Source: Alphaproteobacteria bacterium (GTDB taxonomy: Bacteria > Pseudomonadota > Alphaproteobacteria > Bin95). Taken from it: a stretch of DNA of 64,000 nt. The notes below the pieces were generated by a model. That model was given only the letters and a program-made list of their open reading frames with translations. It was not told the origin of the DNA and searched no databases. Location of the stretch: assembly GCA_030833925.1 (NCBI GenBank), contig JAURGE010000005.1, positions 4,654 to 68,653 of the forward strand, in the 5' to 3' direction. Positions 20,610-28,415 of this stretch are shown here, piece by piece; within the stretch, counting starts at the first letter, position 1; every line of letters begins with the position of its first letter. A program made the translations under genes and the position numbers.

Positions 20610-20685
20610 GGGGGGCCTCTTTTCAGGCAGGGCTGTTCGTGTCCTAATTGCCCGGCTGAAAGATTTATAAAGCCGGGGAAACAAT

Positions 20686-21954
20686 ATGACGCTCTCATCG
20701 GTCACCGAATTTGATGCTGACTCGCCAAAATTTTTGCGCGGCAAGTATGCGATATGTGGGATTGGCGAAACAACTTACCGCCGTGGTTCGGAGGAATCGA
20801 CCCGCAATCTAGCAACTTGGGCTATAAAGAATGCCATGGATGATGCTGGGATTGGTTCCTCCGACATTGACGGCATGCTCTCCTATTCTGGGAATGACTC
20901 TGTACATGCACCTTGGGTGGCTGGTGATCTTGGTATTCGATTAAACTTCTATATGGATGTTCATGGTGGTGGTTCATCTACTGAGGCACTGATTGGGATT
21001 GCCATCGGCGTTATTGAGGCCGGTATGTGTAAGACTGTTGCTATCTACAGGGCTATGAATGGCTACAGTCAAGTCCGTATTGGTGGAACCGGGGCGCGTT
21101 CTGCGGTTCCGATAGTTGGTGACCAAATTCATAACCGTGCTTATGGTTGGCAGTCAGCTGGGCAGATGTTTGCGCCTACATTCCTCCGCCATATGTACGA
21201 TTTTGGAACAACCCCTGAACAGGTTGCAGCGGTCAAGGTTGCACACTCGAAACATGCCTCCAACAACCCGAAAGCGTATTATAAAAATCGCGTAACGGTA
21301 GAGGACGTGGTCAACTCACGTATTATCTGTAAGCCGCTGCATTTACTTGACTGCTGCGTCGAAACCGATAACGCCACCTGTATAATTGTGACGAGGATTG
21401 ATCGGGCCAGAGATTGCAAGAATCCGCCTGCAGTCATTCAGTCAGTTGTGGGGCGGTGCTGTAAGCCTCGGATAGATATGCATTACCAGCATGGTCCTAT
21501 CTCAACTGTGGCAGGACATTACGCAAAGAATATTCTTTGGCCAAATGCAGGACTTGGCCCGGAGGATGTGGATGTGACGGGTTCTTATGATGCGTTCACA
21601 TTTACCACGATGCTGCAGCTTGAGGATTATGGGTTCTGTAAAAAAGGTGAAGGTGGCGACTATGTATCCTCAGGAGCCATTGAGCTGGGTGGAAAGCGTC
21701 CCAACAATACGTCTGGCGGACATCTCTGTGAGGGCTACACCCATGGGATGAACATGGTAATTGAGAATACTCGCCAACTTCGGGGTGAAGTCGACGACAG
21801 CTGTCCAATAGGACCAGACGGTAAGCGCCAGCACACACACGATTATAGTGAGGGCGGATGCCGTCAGGTCAAAAATGTAGAGGTCACTGCCAATCTTGGA
21901 TGGGCTATGCCAGGGACTGGATCTGCAATGGTCATGGCAAAAGACGTGCGCTGA
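20686..21954 (+). CDS. Thiolase-superfamily (SCP2/Ltp2-like) protein lacking the N-terminal catalytic Cys
   Basis: YAICGIGET, VHGGGSS at the usual Cys position, HASNNPKA, CCVETDNA, YDAFT, NTSGGHLCEGYTHG. Confidence 0.85.
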   Translation: MTLSSVTEFDADSPKFLRGKYAICGIGETTYRRGSEESTRNLATWAIKNAMDDAGIGSSDIDGMLSYSGNDSVHAPWVAGDLGIRLNFYMDVHGGGSSTEALIGIAIGVIEAGMCKTVAIYRAMNGYSQVRIGGTGARSAVPIVGDQIHNRAYGWQSAGQMFAPTFLRHMYDFGTTPEQVAAVKVAHSKHASNNPKAYYKNRVTVEDVVNSRIICKPLHLLDCCVETDNATCIIVTRIDRARDCKNPPAVIQSVVGRCCKPRIDMHYQHGPISTVAGHYAKNILWPNAGLGPEDVDVTGSYDAFTFTTMLQLEDYGFCKKGEGGDYVSSGAIELGGKRPNNTSGGHLCEGYTHGMNMVIENTRQLRGEVDDSCPIGPDGKRQHTHDYSEGGCRQVKNVEVTANLGWAMPGTGSAMVMAKDVR

Positions 21955-21969
21955 GCGGAGGATAAAGAT

Positions 21970-22491
21970 ATGGCAATCGTTGGCGAATATATGGGTATGG
22001 CCCTCACGATCGATGATCAAGACAAGGAGAACCGTGAATTCTTTAACTGGTGCGCCAAGGGAGAATTCAGGCTACAAAAAGGGAAGAAGTCAGGCCTGTT
22101 GCGGTATCCCCCAACTACTGCATGTCCTTGGACAACCGATCGAGATTACGATTGGGTTGAAGTTGAAGGAAAGGGGACGGTGCATTCCTACGTCGAAGTG
22201 CATCACCCCATCCAGCCGGCTTTTCGCGATAAAGTTCCATACATGATTTTATTGGTTGATTTGGATACCCAAAAAGGTGAGCCATCCGAACATGAAGCTA
22301 TTCGTGTTGCTGGAAACCTAGTGACACCGGATGGCGAATTTGCGGAGCCAGAAACAATCAAGTCTGTTGGAATAGGTACTCGGGTTCGAATGGTATTTAA
22401 ACAGGTAACTGAGGGCTTTTCTTTACCGCACTGGACAATAGATCAGGATGCGGAACAGCCCATCAGTCCCTGGCGCTATCCGCAGGAGTAG
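21970..22491 (+). CDS. DUF35/ChsH2-type OB-fold acyl-CoA-binding partner
   Basis: RYPP..ACP, WVEVEGKGTVHSY, PAFRDKVPYMILLVDLD, RVAGNLV; directly after the thiolase-like gene. Confidence 0.85.
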   Translation: MAIVGEYMGMALTIDDQDKENREFFNWCAKGEFRLQKGKKSGLLRYPPTTACPWTTDRDYDWVEVEGKGTVHSYVEVHHPIQPAFRDKVPYMILLVDLDTQKGEPSEHEAIRVAGNLVTPDGEFAEPETIKSVGIGTRVRMVFKQVTEGFSLPHWTIDQDAEQPISPWRYPQE

Positions 22492-22494
22492 GTT

Positions 22495-23130
22495 GTGGTA
22501 GGTGATTCCGTTTACGAACGCCAAAACTTCGGCAATTCAGTTGGCTTTGGATCCAGACCTGCGTTGCTAATAGTTGATTTCCAGGTTGGTTTTATCGACC
22601 CAGCTGTTTTTGGCGGCGGAAATATAAAAGAGGCAGTTTCTAACACTGCGTTTTTATTGGCGGGAATGAGGGAGATTGGCGCGCCTGTTGCATATACGCG
22701 GGCCGTTTTTGATGAGGAAGCAGTGGATGGAGGCACTTTTGCTTTAAAAGTACCGGGACTTTACCGATTAAAAGAAAGCGCCGCTATAAGCCAAATTACG
22801 CCAGATTTGGCACCTCGTTCCGGTGAATTAGTGCTTAATAAGATTGGTCCATCCGCTTTCTTTTCTACCCCGTTAATTAGTTGGCTTTCCAAGCAATCTG
22901 TAGATACCTTGATAATAACTGGCGCAACCACATCAGGCTGTGTCCGTGCCAGTGTTGTAGACAGCTGCTCGTATTCATTTCGAACCATAGTTGCCACAGA
23001 TTGCTGCGGCGACAGGGCAATTGAGCCACATGAAGCCAACTTGTTTGATATCGGCCAAAAATATGCTGATCTAATGACAGGCGAAGAGGCCCTTGCCAAA
23101 GCGCGGGCGGCAGTCGGTAGGAATGAATAA
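22495..23130 (+). CDS. Isochorismatase-family cysteine hydrolase (NicF maleamate amidohydrolase/N-carbamoylsarcosine amidase-like)
   Basis: Triad D (LIVDFQ), K (VLNKIGPSAF), C (TTSGCVRAS); HEANLFDI..KYAD tail. Confidence 0.88.
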   Translation: MVGDSVYERQNFGNSVGFGSRPALLIVDFQVGFIDPAVFGGGNIKEAVSNTAFLLAGMREIGAPVAYTRAVFDEEAVDGGTFALKVPGLYRLKESAAISQITPDLAPRSGELVLNKIGPSAFFSTPLISWLSKQSVDTLIITGATTSGCVRASVVDSCSYSFRTIVATDCCGDRAIEPHEANLFDIGQKYADLMTGEEALAKARAAVGRNE

Positions 23131-23132
23131 AA

Positions 23133-24206
23133 CTACTCTTCCTTATAGGCGTTCAGGCCGAGTTCTTCACGGAAATTGGAACTGATTTCTGCTTTAGGGT
23201 CTTCAAGTGGAATGCCAGTTGCATCTGCAATCTTTACGACAGCTTGAAAGATCCCTATTACGGCCGCCGCGTCTATCATGGCATTTTCACCTAATTCATT
23301 CATCACGGCTTGTCTTTGTTCAGCTAGGTCCGGTGCGTTAGCCACAGCTGCCTCTGCAAAAGCTAACAGTAGACCACCCCAAGGAACACCACTTTCTGCT
23401 CCTCGGTCAACTACTGCTGCATCTGAAAATGTTGCTCCAGCATGAAGTCCACTCCCACGGAGCAGCACGATATGGCTGGTTGTTCAATACAAACATCGAT
23501 TAAGTGCAGAAACGCGGGCAGCTAAAAGTTCGATCTGAGAATGAGAAATTGCTCTAGGTTCTATATCAAAGCGACGAAGCATTGCGTCAGGGAGATACAT
23601 AGCGTCGTCAAGGTCGAAGAAGCCAGAAACACATGCTGGAACCAGGCTAAGTGCTCTATGGATGTTGGCGCCGCCACGTCCTTCATACATTGCGTAAGCG
23701 GCAGCAGGGTCAGCGTCGCTGAGATCATCTGGGTTTACCATTGGAACCCACGCGCCAGCTTCCCTTGCGGATGCCACGGACTCTCGCGATGGCTCGCCAG
23801 GTTTTGGTATAGGCAAATTTCTTAGCGGCAGGCCTAATGCGACGTGAAAACGATCGACGGCTATGGTTTCCGCAATAATACCGATGGTTTCGACATATTT
23901 TTCGGTAGAAAGAACTTCTGGAACAACACGGTCAAACCATCTCTTGGTTAGACGATTAGCATCAGTAGTGATGCGATGAATAACATCGACCCAGTCCGGG
24001 TGAAGATCTGATGCTGAATTATGAACTCCAACGTTAGCTTCAGGCGTTAGGGCTTCCTTACGATTAGCGCAAGCAATGCAAGCAAGCGCCGACCGGGTTT
24101 CTTCTGCAATAGATACCTTCTCGGCAGAATTTAGCCATGTACCAGCGCGTCCCAGGCGATCCCAAGCGCGATCATGGGCCTCAGTTAAATCCTTCCGAAT
24201 AGCCAT
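23133..24206 (-). CDS. Probable AhpD/CMD-like selenoprotein (about 357 aa, Sec at TGA 23484-23486); split in the track into 23484..24230 and 23133..23468
   Basis: Both ORFs share one frame: TAT TGA ACA ACC AGC CAT ATC GTG. Read-through gives E-x11-C-x2-U-x3-H, the AhpD spacing. AGGAG RBS before ATG 24206; no RBS before the downstream GTG. Confidence 0.85.
23433..23479 (-). promoter_or_regulatory. Candidate bacterial SECIS hairpin
   Basis: After UGA: TGCTCC-GT-G-GGAG-[TGGA]-CTTC-AT-GCT-GGAGCA. The apical loop starts 33 nt after UGA and has G at its second position. An alternative lower stem CCAGC/GCTGG is also possible. Folded by eye. Confidence 0.55.
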
Positions 24207-24295
24207 TGCCACTCCTAGTCCCCTCCGCATAAACGGTAGATTAATAGATTAATGTTTCATTGTTCAATTGTACCTATAGGTGTGTCAGATTTTCT

Positions 24296-25216
24296 ATGAT
24301 TGAAAATTCTTCAACCAGGCGAATAGAGGGCAGAACAGTCGCTGGCATTAGTCTGATGCTATTAGCGATAGTTCTGTTTTCTTGTTTAAATGGTTCAGTT
24401 AAATGGCTGACCCAGGATTATGACCCGTTGATGGTTGTTTGGGCTCGGAATATGGGCGCTTTTGCATTCATGCTGGCTGCATTTCTGCCAAAATATGGGT
24501 TTGCTTTGTTTCGGACAGAGCGACCGCTCGGTCAGGTGGTTCGAGCCATATTCCTACTCGGTTCATCTATGCTCTACTTTTTTGGGCTCTCTTATATGGA
24601 CATGGCGACTGGCGCCGCAATTCAACTTACGGGACCTTTGATGGTGACTGCGTTGTCAGTGCCGTTGCTAAAAGAGCAAGTAGGGTGGCGGCGTTGGCTA
24701 GCAGTAATTGTAGGGTTCATAGGGGCATTAATCATAATTCGCCCTGGGTTTGATATGCGTTGGGCTGCTCTGCTTTTTCTAGCAAGCGCTTTTTGCTCCA
24801 CTTTTTATGCAATTTTTACGCGACATCTCTCCAACTACGATAATCCTGCCACGGCTGCGACAGTAGCCGCTGCCGTTGGCGTTATTGCCATAACCCCGGC
24901 GGTACCATTTTTCTGGGAAACACCGCAGGGCATACTCTCAATTTTTCTTTTCTTCTTAGTTGGGATTTTAGCTGGAGCAGGACATTTTCTGCTGACTAGC
25001 GCATATAGATACGCTGAAGCTTCTACATTAGCTCCTTTCAGCTATGTTCATCTTTTGGGTGCGGCTGTAATTGGTTTTTTTATTTTTGATCATTTTCCTG
25101 ATCTCTGGACGTGTGTAGGGGCATCCATAATTGTAACTGCGGGGCTATATGTGGCGCATAGAGAACGCCTAAAAATTCGTTCAGAAACCATTTCGCGTAA
25201 AAATAAATCTGATTAG
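24296..25216 (+). CDS. DMT (EamA-like) transporter
   Basis: VVWARNMG, LLKEQVGWRRW, ALIIIRPG, STLAPFSY; divergent from the selenoprotein gene. Confidence 0.92.
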   Translation: MIENSSTRRIEGRTVAGISLMLLAIVLFSCLNGSVKWLTQDYDPLMVVWARNMGAFAFMLAAFLPKYGFALFRTERPLGQVVRAIFLLGSSMLYFFGLSYMDMATGAAIQLTGPLMVTALSVPLLKEQVGWRRWLAVIVGFIGALIIIRPGFDMRWAALLFLASAFCSTFYAIFTRHLSNYDNPATAATVAAAVGVIAITPAVPFFWETPQGILSIFLFFLVGILAGAGHFLLTSAYRYAEASTLAPFSYVHLLGAAVIGFFIFDHFPDLWTCVGASIIVTAGLYVAHRERLKIRSETISRKNKSD

Positions 25217-26121
25217 TGTTTGGAATTATGAATTCTATCGCCCGCCAACACGAACGCTCTGACGCTACACGTGTATTTATTGATGTAGATCAGCCATTTT
25301 CCCTTACTGAACCGGTTGAGCAGACAGTGCCAATTGTTGTCGCGTCACCTCACTCTGGATCTCGTTATCCCTCCGATTTGCTTGCAGCAACCAAACTAGA
25401 CCCATTATCGCTTCGCCAATCGGAGGATGCGTATGTTGATGCTTTGTTTGGAGGCGCAACTAAGTTAGGAGCGCCGATGTTGGCGGCTGAGTTTCCACGA
25501 GCATACGTAGATGTTAACCGCGAGCCATATGAGCTAGATCCACTTATGTTCGATGCTCCGCTCCCCCCCTACGCAATCACACGCTCACCAAGGGTCGCAG
25601 CAGGACTTGGCTCAATTCCTAGAATCGTTGCTGCTGGAATTGAAATCTACGGTCGCCGATTAAGCTTTGCCGAAGCAGCAGCACGTCTCGATGCATGCTA
25701 TAAGCCTTATCATAGAGAGTTGCGCAGATTAGTTCGTACAACGCACGCTAAGTTTGATCGGTGTATTCTTATTGATGCACATTCAATGCCCTCAACGGGT
25801 CTCTCGCCAAAGAATGATCCTGGGGGGCCTATCGATATCGTTATTGGCGATAATCATGGCCGTGCCGCAGACCTGAAATACAGTGTCGCTGCTCAAGCAT
25901 ATTTTGGCGACCTTGGTTATGCAGTGACCGTTAATGATCCATACTCAGGGGGATTTGTTACCCGAGCCTATGGTGATCCCGCACAGGATATTCACGTGTT
26001 GCAAGTGGAGATTAACCGCGCACTTTATATGGACGAGCGGACGTATGAAATAAGTTCATATTTTCCAACTCTAACAAGGGATGTAACAGCGTTCATCGCT
26101 CACATCGGAACTGTTTTTTGA
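25216..26121 (+). CDS. N-formylglutamate amidohydrolase
   Basis: ASPHSG, RAYVDVNREP, YKPYH, LIDAHSMPS, NDPYSGG, QVEINRALYMDE. Confidence 0.93.
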   Translation: MFGIMNSIARQHERSDATRVFIDVDQPFSLTEPVEQTVPIVVASPHSGSRYPSDLLAATKLDPLSLRQSEDAYVDALFGGATKLGAPMLAAEFPRAYVDVNREPYELDPLMFDAPLPPYAITRSPRVAAGLGSIPRIVAAGIEIYGRRLSFAEAAARLDACYKPYHRELRRLVRTTHAKFDRCILIDAHSMPSTGLSPKNDPGGPIDIVIGDNHGRAADLKYSVAAQAYFGDLGYAVTVNDPYSGGFVTRAYGDPAQDIHVLQVEINRALYMDERTYEISSYFPTLTRDVTAFIAHIGTVF

Positions 26122-26152
26122 TTAATAACATTTTGAATCTTTGAGATTAAAT

Positions 26153-26182
26153 AAAGAAAAGGCCGCACCGAAGTGCGGCCTT
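26153..26182 (-). terminator. Intrinsic terminator of the sRNA
   Basis: Perfect 10-bp stem with TTCG loop followed by TTCTTT on the minus strand. Confidence 0.85.
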
Positions 26183-26239
26183 AAAGTATAGGGAGGAAAC
26201 GCCCAAGAAGGGCATTAGATCGCCGAAGCGATCTCATAC
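26153..26239 (-). ncRNA. mmgR: alpha-r8 / MmgR (Rfam suhB-like) small RNA
   Basis: Minus strand: hairpin AGATCGC-TTCG-GCGATCT, hairpin ATGCCC-TTCTT-GGGCGT, decamer TTTCCTCCCT (26199-26190), terminator AAGGCCGCAC-TTCG-GTGCGGCCTT plus a U-rich tail. Adjacent to the N-formylglutamate amidohydrolase gene. Confidence 0.8.
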
Positions 26240-26244
26240 TTTTT

Positions 26245-26286
26245 ATATAAAATGATGCGTCGCACAAAACAAGTGCTGCAGCGCAA
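26245..26286 (-). promoter_or_regulatory. Sigma70-type promoter of the sRNA with two TGCRNYGCA (PhaR-like) boxes
   Basis: CTTGTT-N17-TTATAT (26273-26245). TGCGACGCA lies in the spacer and TGCGCTGCAGCA immediately upstream of the -35. Confidence 0.6.
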
Positions 26287-26322
26287 TATTTTTAAAAATA
26301 ATGCTAAATTCGGGTTTCCGCA

Positions 26323-27489
26323 TTATTCCGCCGCAGTTGGGAGGTTAAGCTCCGCTAAAATACGGGCTCTATCTTGATCTACATCCGGAGCTGTGGGCCT
26401 CTCTATCGGGTCATCATACCCAGATAGTTTAACGGGATTTCCTGCAACCTTAAGCTTACCCACCTTGGGATCATTTACTTCAATAACCATTTTTCTGGGG
26501 CCAACTTGTGGGTGGGCCATGACGGCCTCTACATTATTGATGCCACTTGCTGGAATGCCCGCTGGGTCAAGTTCTGAAAGCCAATCTGCAGTGGCTCTAG
26601 TTGCAAGAATTCCCTCAACTTCCAACTCAAGCGCTGATTGATGTTCGGTTCTGGACCGATTGCTCTCGTAACGAGGATCGTCTTTTAAGTCTGGTCGTCC
26701 TACTATGTCACAAAAGCGATGAAACATGGCGTTATTGCCCGCTGCAATAATCATATGCCCATCCAATGTTTTGAATACCTGGAAGGGGGTGATGGAGGGA
26801 TGACGCCCTCCAAGCGGGCCTGGAATTTCTCCCGTGGCACCGTAGCGGGCGATCGCATTTTCACAAAATGCTATCTGGCAATCGAGCATTCCTATATCGA
26901 GCTTTCGTCCTTCACCGGTGCGCTCGCGATCGTACAATGCTGTGACCATTCCTATAGTTGTGTACAGCCCCGCACCAATGTCACCGATTGACATGCCCAC
27001 GCGTGTAGGTTCGCCTCCTGGTTGACCGGTTATAGACATTATCCCGCCCATCGCTTGAACGACCATGTCGTAGGCGGGGCGTTTAGAGTGCGGGCCAGTG
27101 TGACCAAAGCCCGAACAGGCGGCATAGATTAATCTTGGATATTTGACATGCAGATCTTCCCAGCCATAACCGAGCTTTTCCATTGTGCCTGGACGATAGT
27201 TCTCTACAATTATATCAGCGGTATCTAACAGTTTTTCAAAAATAGTTCGGTCGCTATCGTCTTTTAAATTTAGGGCGATAGATTCTTTCCCTCTATTAAC
27301 TGATACAAAATAGGCGGACTTACCGTTCACGAAAGGACCGTACTCTCGCGCATCGTCACCTGTTCCAGGCGTTTCTACTTTGATTACGCGGGCACCAAGA
27401 TCGGATAAAATCATGGTCGAGAATGGACCTGCAAGGACACGGGTAAGATCAATAACTGTTACGCCACTAAATGGGCCGGGGACAGGCAT
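26323..27489 (-). CDS. Class III (CaiB/BaiF) CoA-transferase
   Basis: VIDLTRVLAGP, LGARVIKVE, NRGKESI, ENYRPG, RPAYDMVVQAMGG (catalytic Asp). Confidence 0.95.
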   Translation of the reverse strand: MPVPGPFSGVTVIDLTRVLAGPFSTMILSDLGARVIKVETPGTGDDAREYGPFVNGKSAYFVSVNRGKESIALNLKDDSDRTIFEKLLDTADIIVENYRPGTMEKLGYGWEDLHVKYPRLIYAACSGFGHTGPHSKRPAYDMVVQAMGGIMSITGQPGGEPTRVGMSIGDIGAGLYTTIGMVTALYDRERTGEGRKLDIGMLDCQIAFCENAIARYGATGEIPGPLGGRHPSITPFQVFKTLDGHMIIAAGNNAMFHRFCDIVGRPDLKDDPRYESNRSRTEHQSALELEVEGILATRATADWLSELDPAGIPASGINNVEAVMAHPQVGPRKMVIEVNDPKVGKLKVAGNPVKLSGYDDPIERPTAPDVDQDRARILAELNLPTAAE

Positions 27490-27551
27490 AGAACTGACTC
27501 CTCTGGGAGGTTAGTCTGGTTGAAATTATTTAAGAGATGTGAAGGTAAGCG

Positions 27552-28415
27552 ATGCACCCGAGGTCATGCAATCTTTCCTGTTTAGGTCCTGAAGGTTTTC
27601 ACCGCATCAGGTATTGGGAGTGGGGGCCTGAGAACGCCCTGCAAACTGTAATTTGTGTTCATGGTTTGACGCGAAATGGCCGAGATTTCGATGATTTAGC
27701 AAAGGCACTTGCAGAGCGAGGATGGCGGGTCGTTTGTCCCGATATAGTAGGACGCGGTGAAAGTGATTGGCTGAGCTTTCATACTGGATATGACTTCAAC
27801 ACATACATCAGCGATATGAGTCAATTGATTGCCCGTTTAGGAGGCGGTTCGCTTTATTGGGTTGGTACATCAATGGGCGGAATAATCGGTCAGATGGTTG
27901 CTGCGGCTTCCCATGCGCCTATTAAGCGTATGGTCCTAAACGATATCGGCCCTTTTCTGGATGTAGCCGGGCTAGCCAGAATTAAAGGCTACGTTGGCAC
28001 AGATCCATCATTTCCAAGTTTTGAGCTCGCCGAAAGGGCAATCAATGTTGTCACCGACAAGTTTGGTCCCATGGATCAAGCACAGCGGAAACGCTTTGTA
28101 GAAGTTTCAATCCGCAAAAGAAGTAATGGAGCTTTTACAATGAATTATGATCCGCAGATTGCTTGGGCATTTAAGGAGAACGAACCTCAAAGTGTTGATA
28201 TGTGGCACATATGGCCCCTTATAAAATGCCCAGTTCTTGTTCTGCGTGGCGCAGACAGTGATCTGCTGTCTGCTTCTACGTCCCAACGCATGCAGGCGGA
28301 GGGACCTAAGGCAAAAGAGCTTGTGATTGATGGCGTGGGCCACGCTCCAGCTCTGATGTCCAATGAGGAAATTAGTCGAATAATTGAGTTTTTGGAGGCT
28401 GAAGATAACCAATGA
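27552..28415 (+). CDS. Alpha/beta hydrolase, PhaZc-like (3-hydroxybutyrate-oligomer hydrolase-like)
   Basis: HRIRYWEWG, CVHGLTRNGRDFD, GRGESDWL, GTSMGG, LNDIGP, GVGHAP. Confidence 0.8.
   Translation: MHPRSCNLSCLGPEGFHRIRYWEWGPENALQTVICVHGLTRNGRDFDDLAKALAERGWRVVCPDIVGRGESDWLSFHTGYDFNTYISDMSQLIARLGGGSLYWVGTSMGGIIGQMVAAASHAPIKRMVLNDIGPFLDVAGLARIKGYVGTDPSFPSFELAERAINVVTDKFGPMDQAQRKRFVEVSIRKRSNGAFTMNYDPQIAWAFKENEPQSVDMWHIWPLIKCPVLVLRGADSDLLSASTSQRMQAEGPKAKELVIDGVGHAPALMSNEEISRIIEFLEAEDNQ

Noticed and set aside
22483-22497. DUF35 and isochorismatase genes in the same frame (TAG GTT GTG)
   Set aside because: An AGGAG RBS lies 6 nt before the GTG, both proteins are complete on their own, and nothing suggests amber read-through.
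23484-23486. TGA reassigned genome-wide (genetic code 4/25) as an alternative explanation for the read-through
   Set aside because: Core genes end in TGA at their normal C-termini (lexA, trpE, eno, benzoate-CoA ligase), so TGA is a standard stop here. Read-through would have to be site-specific.
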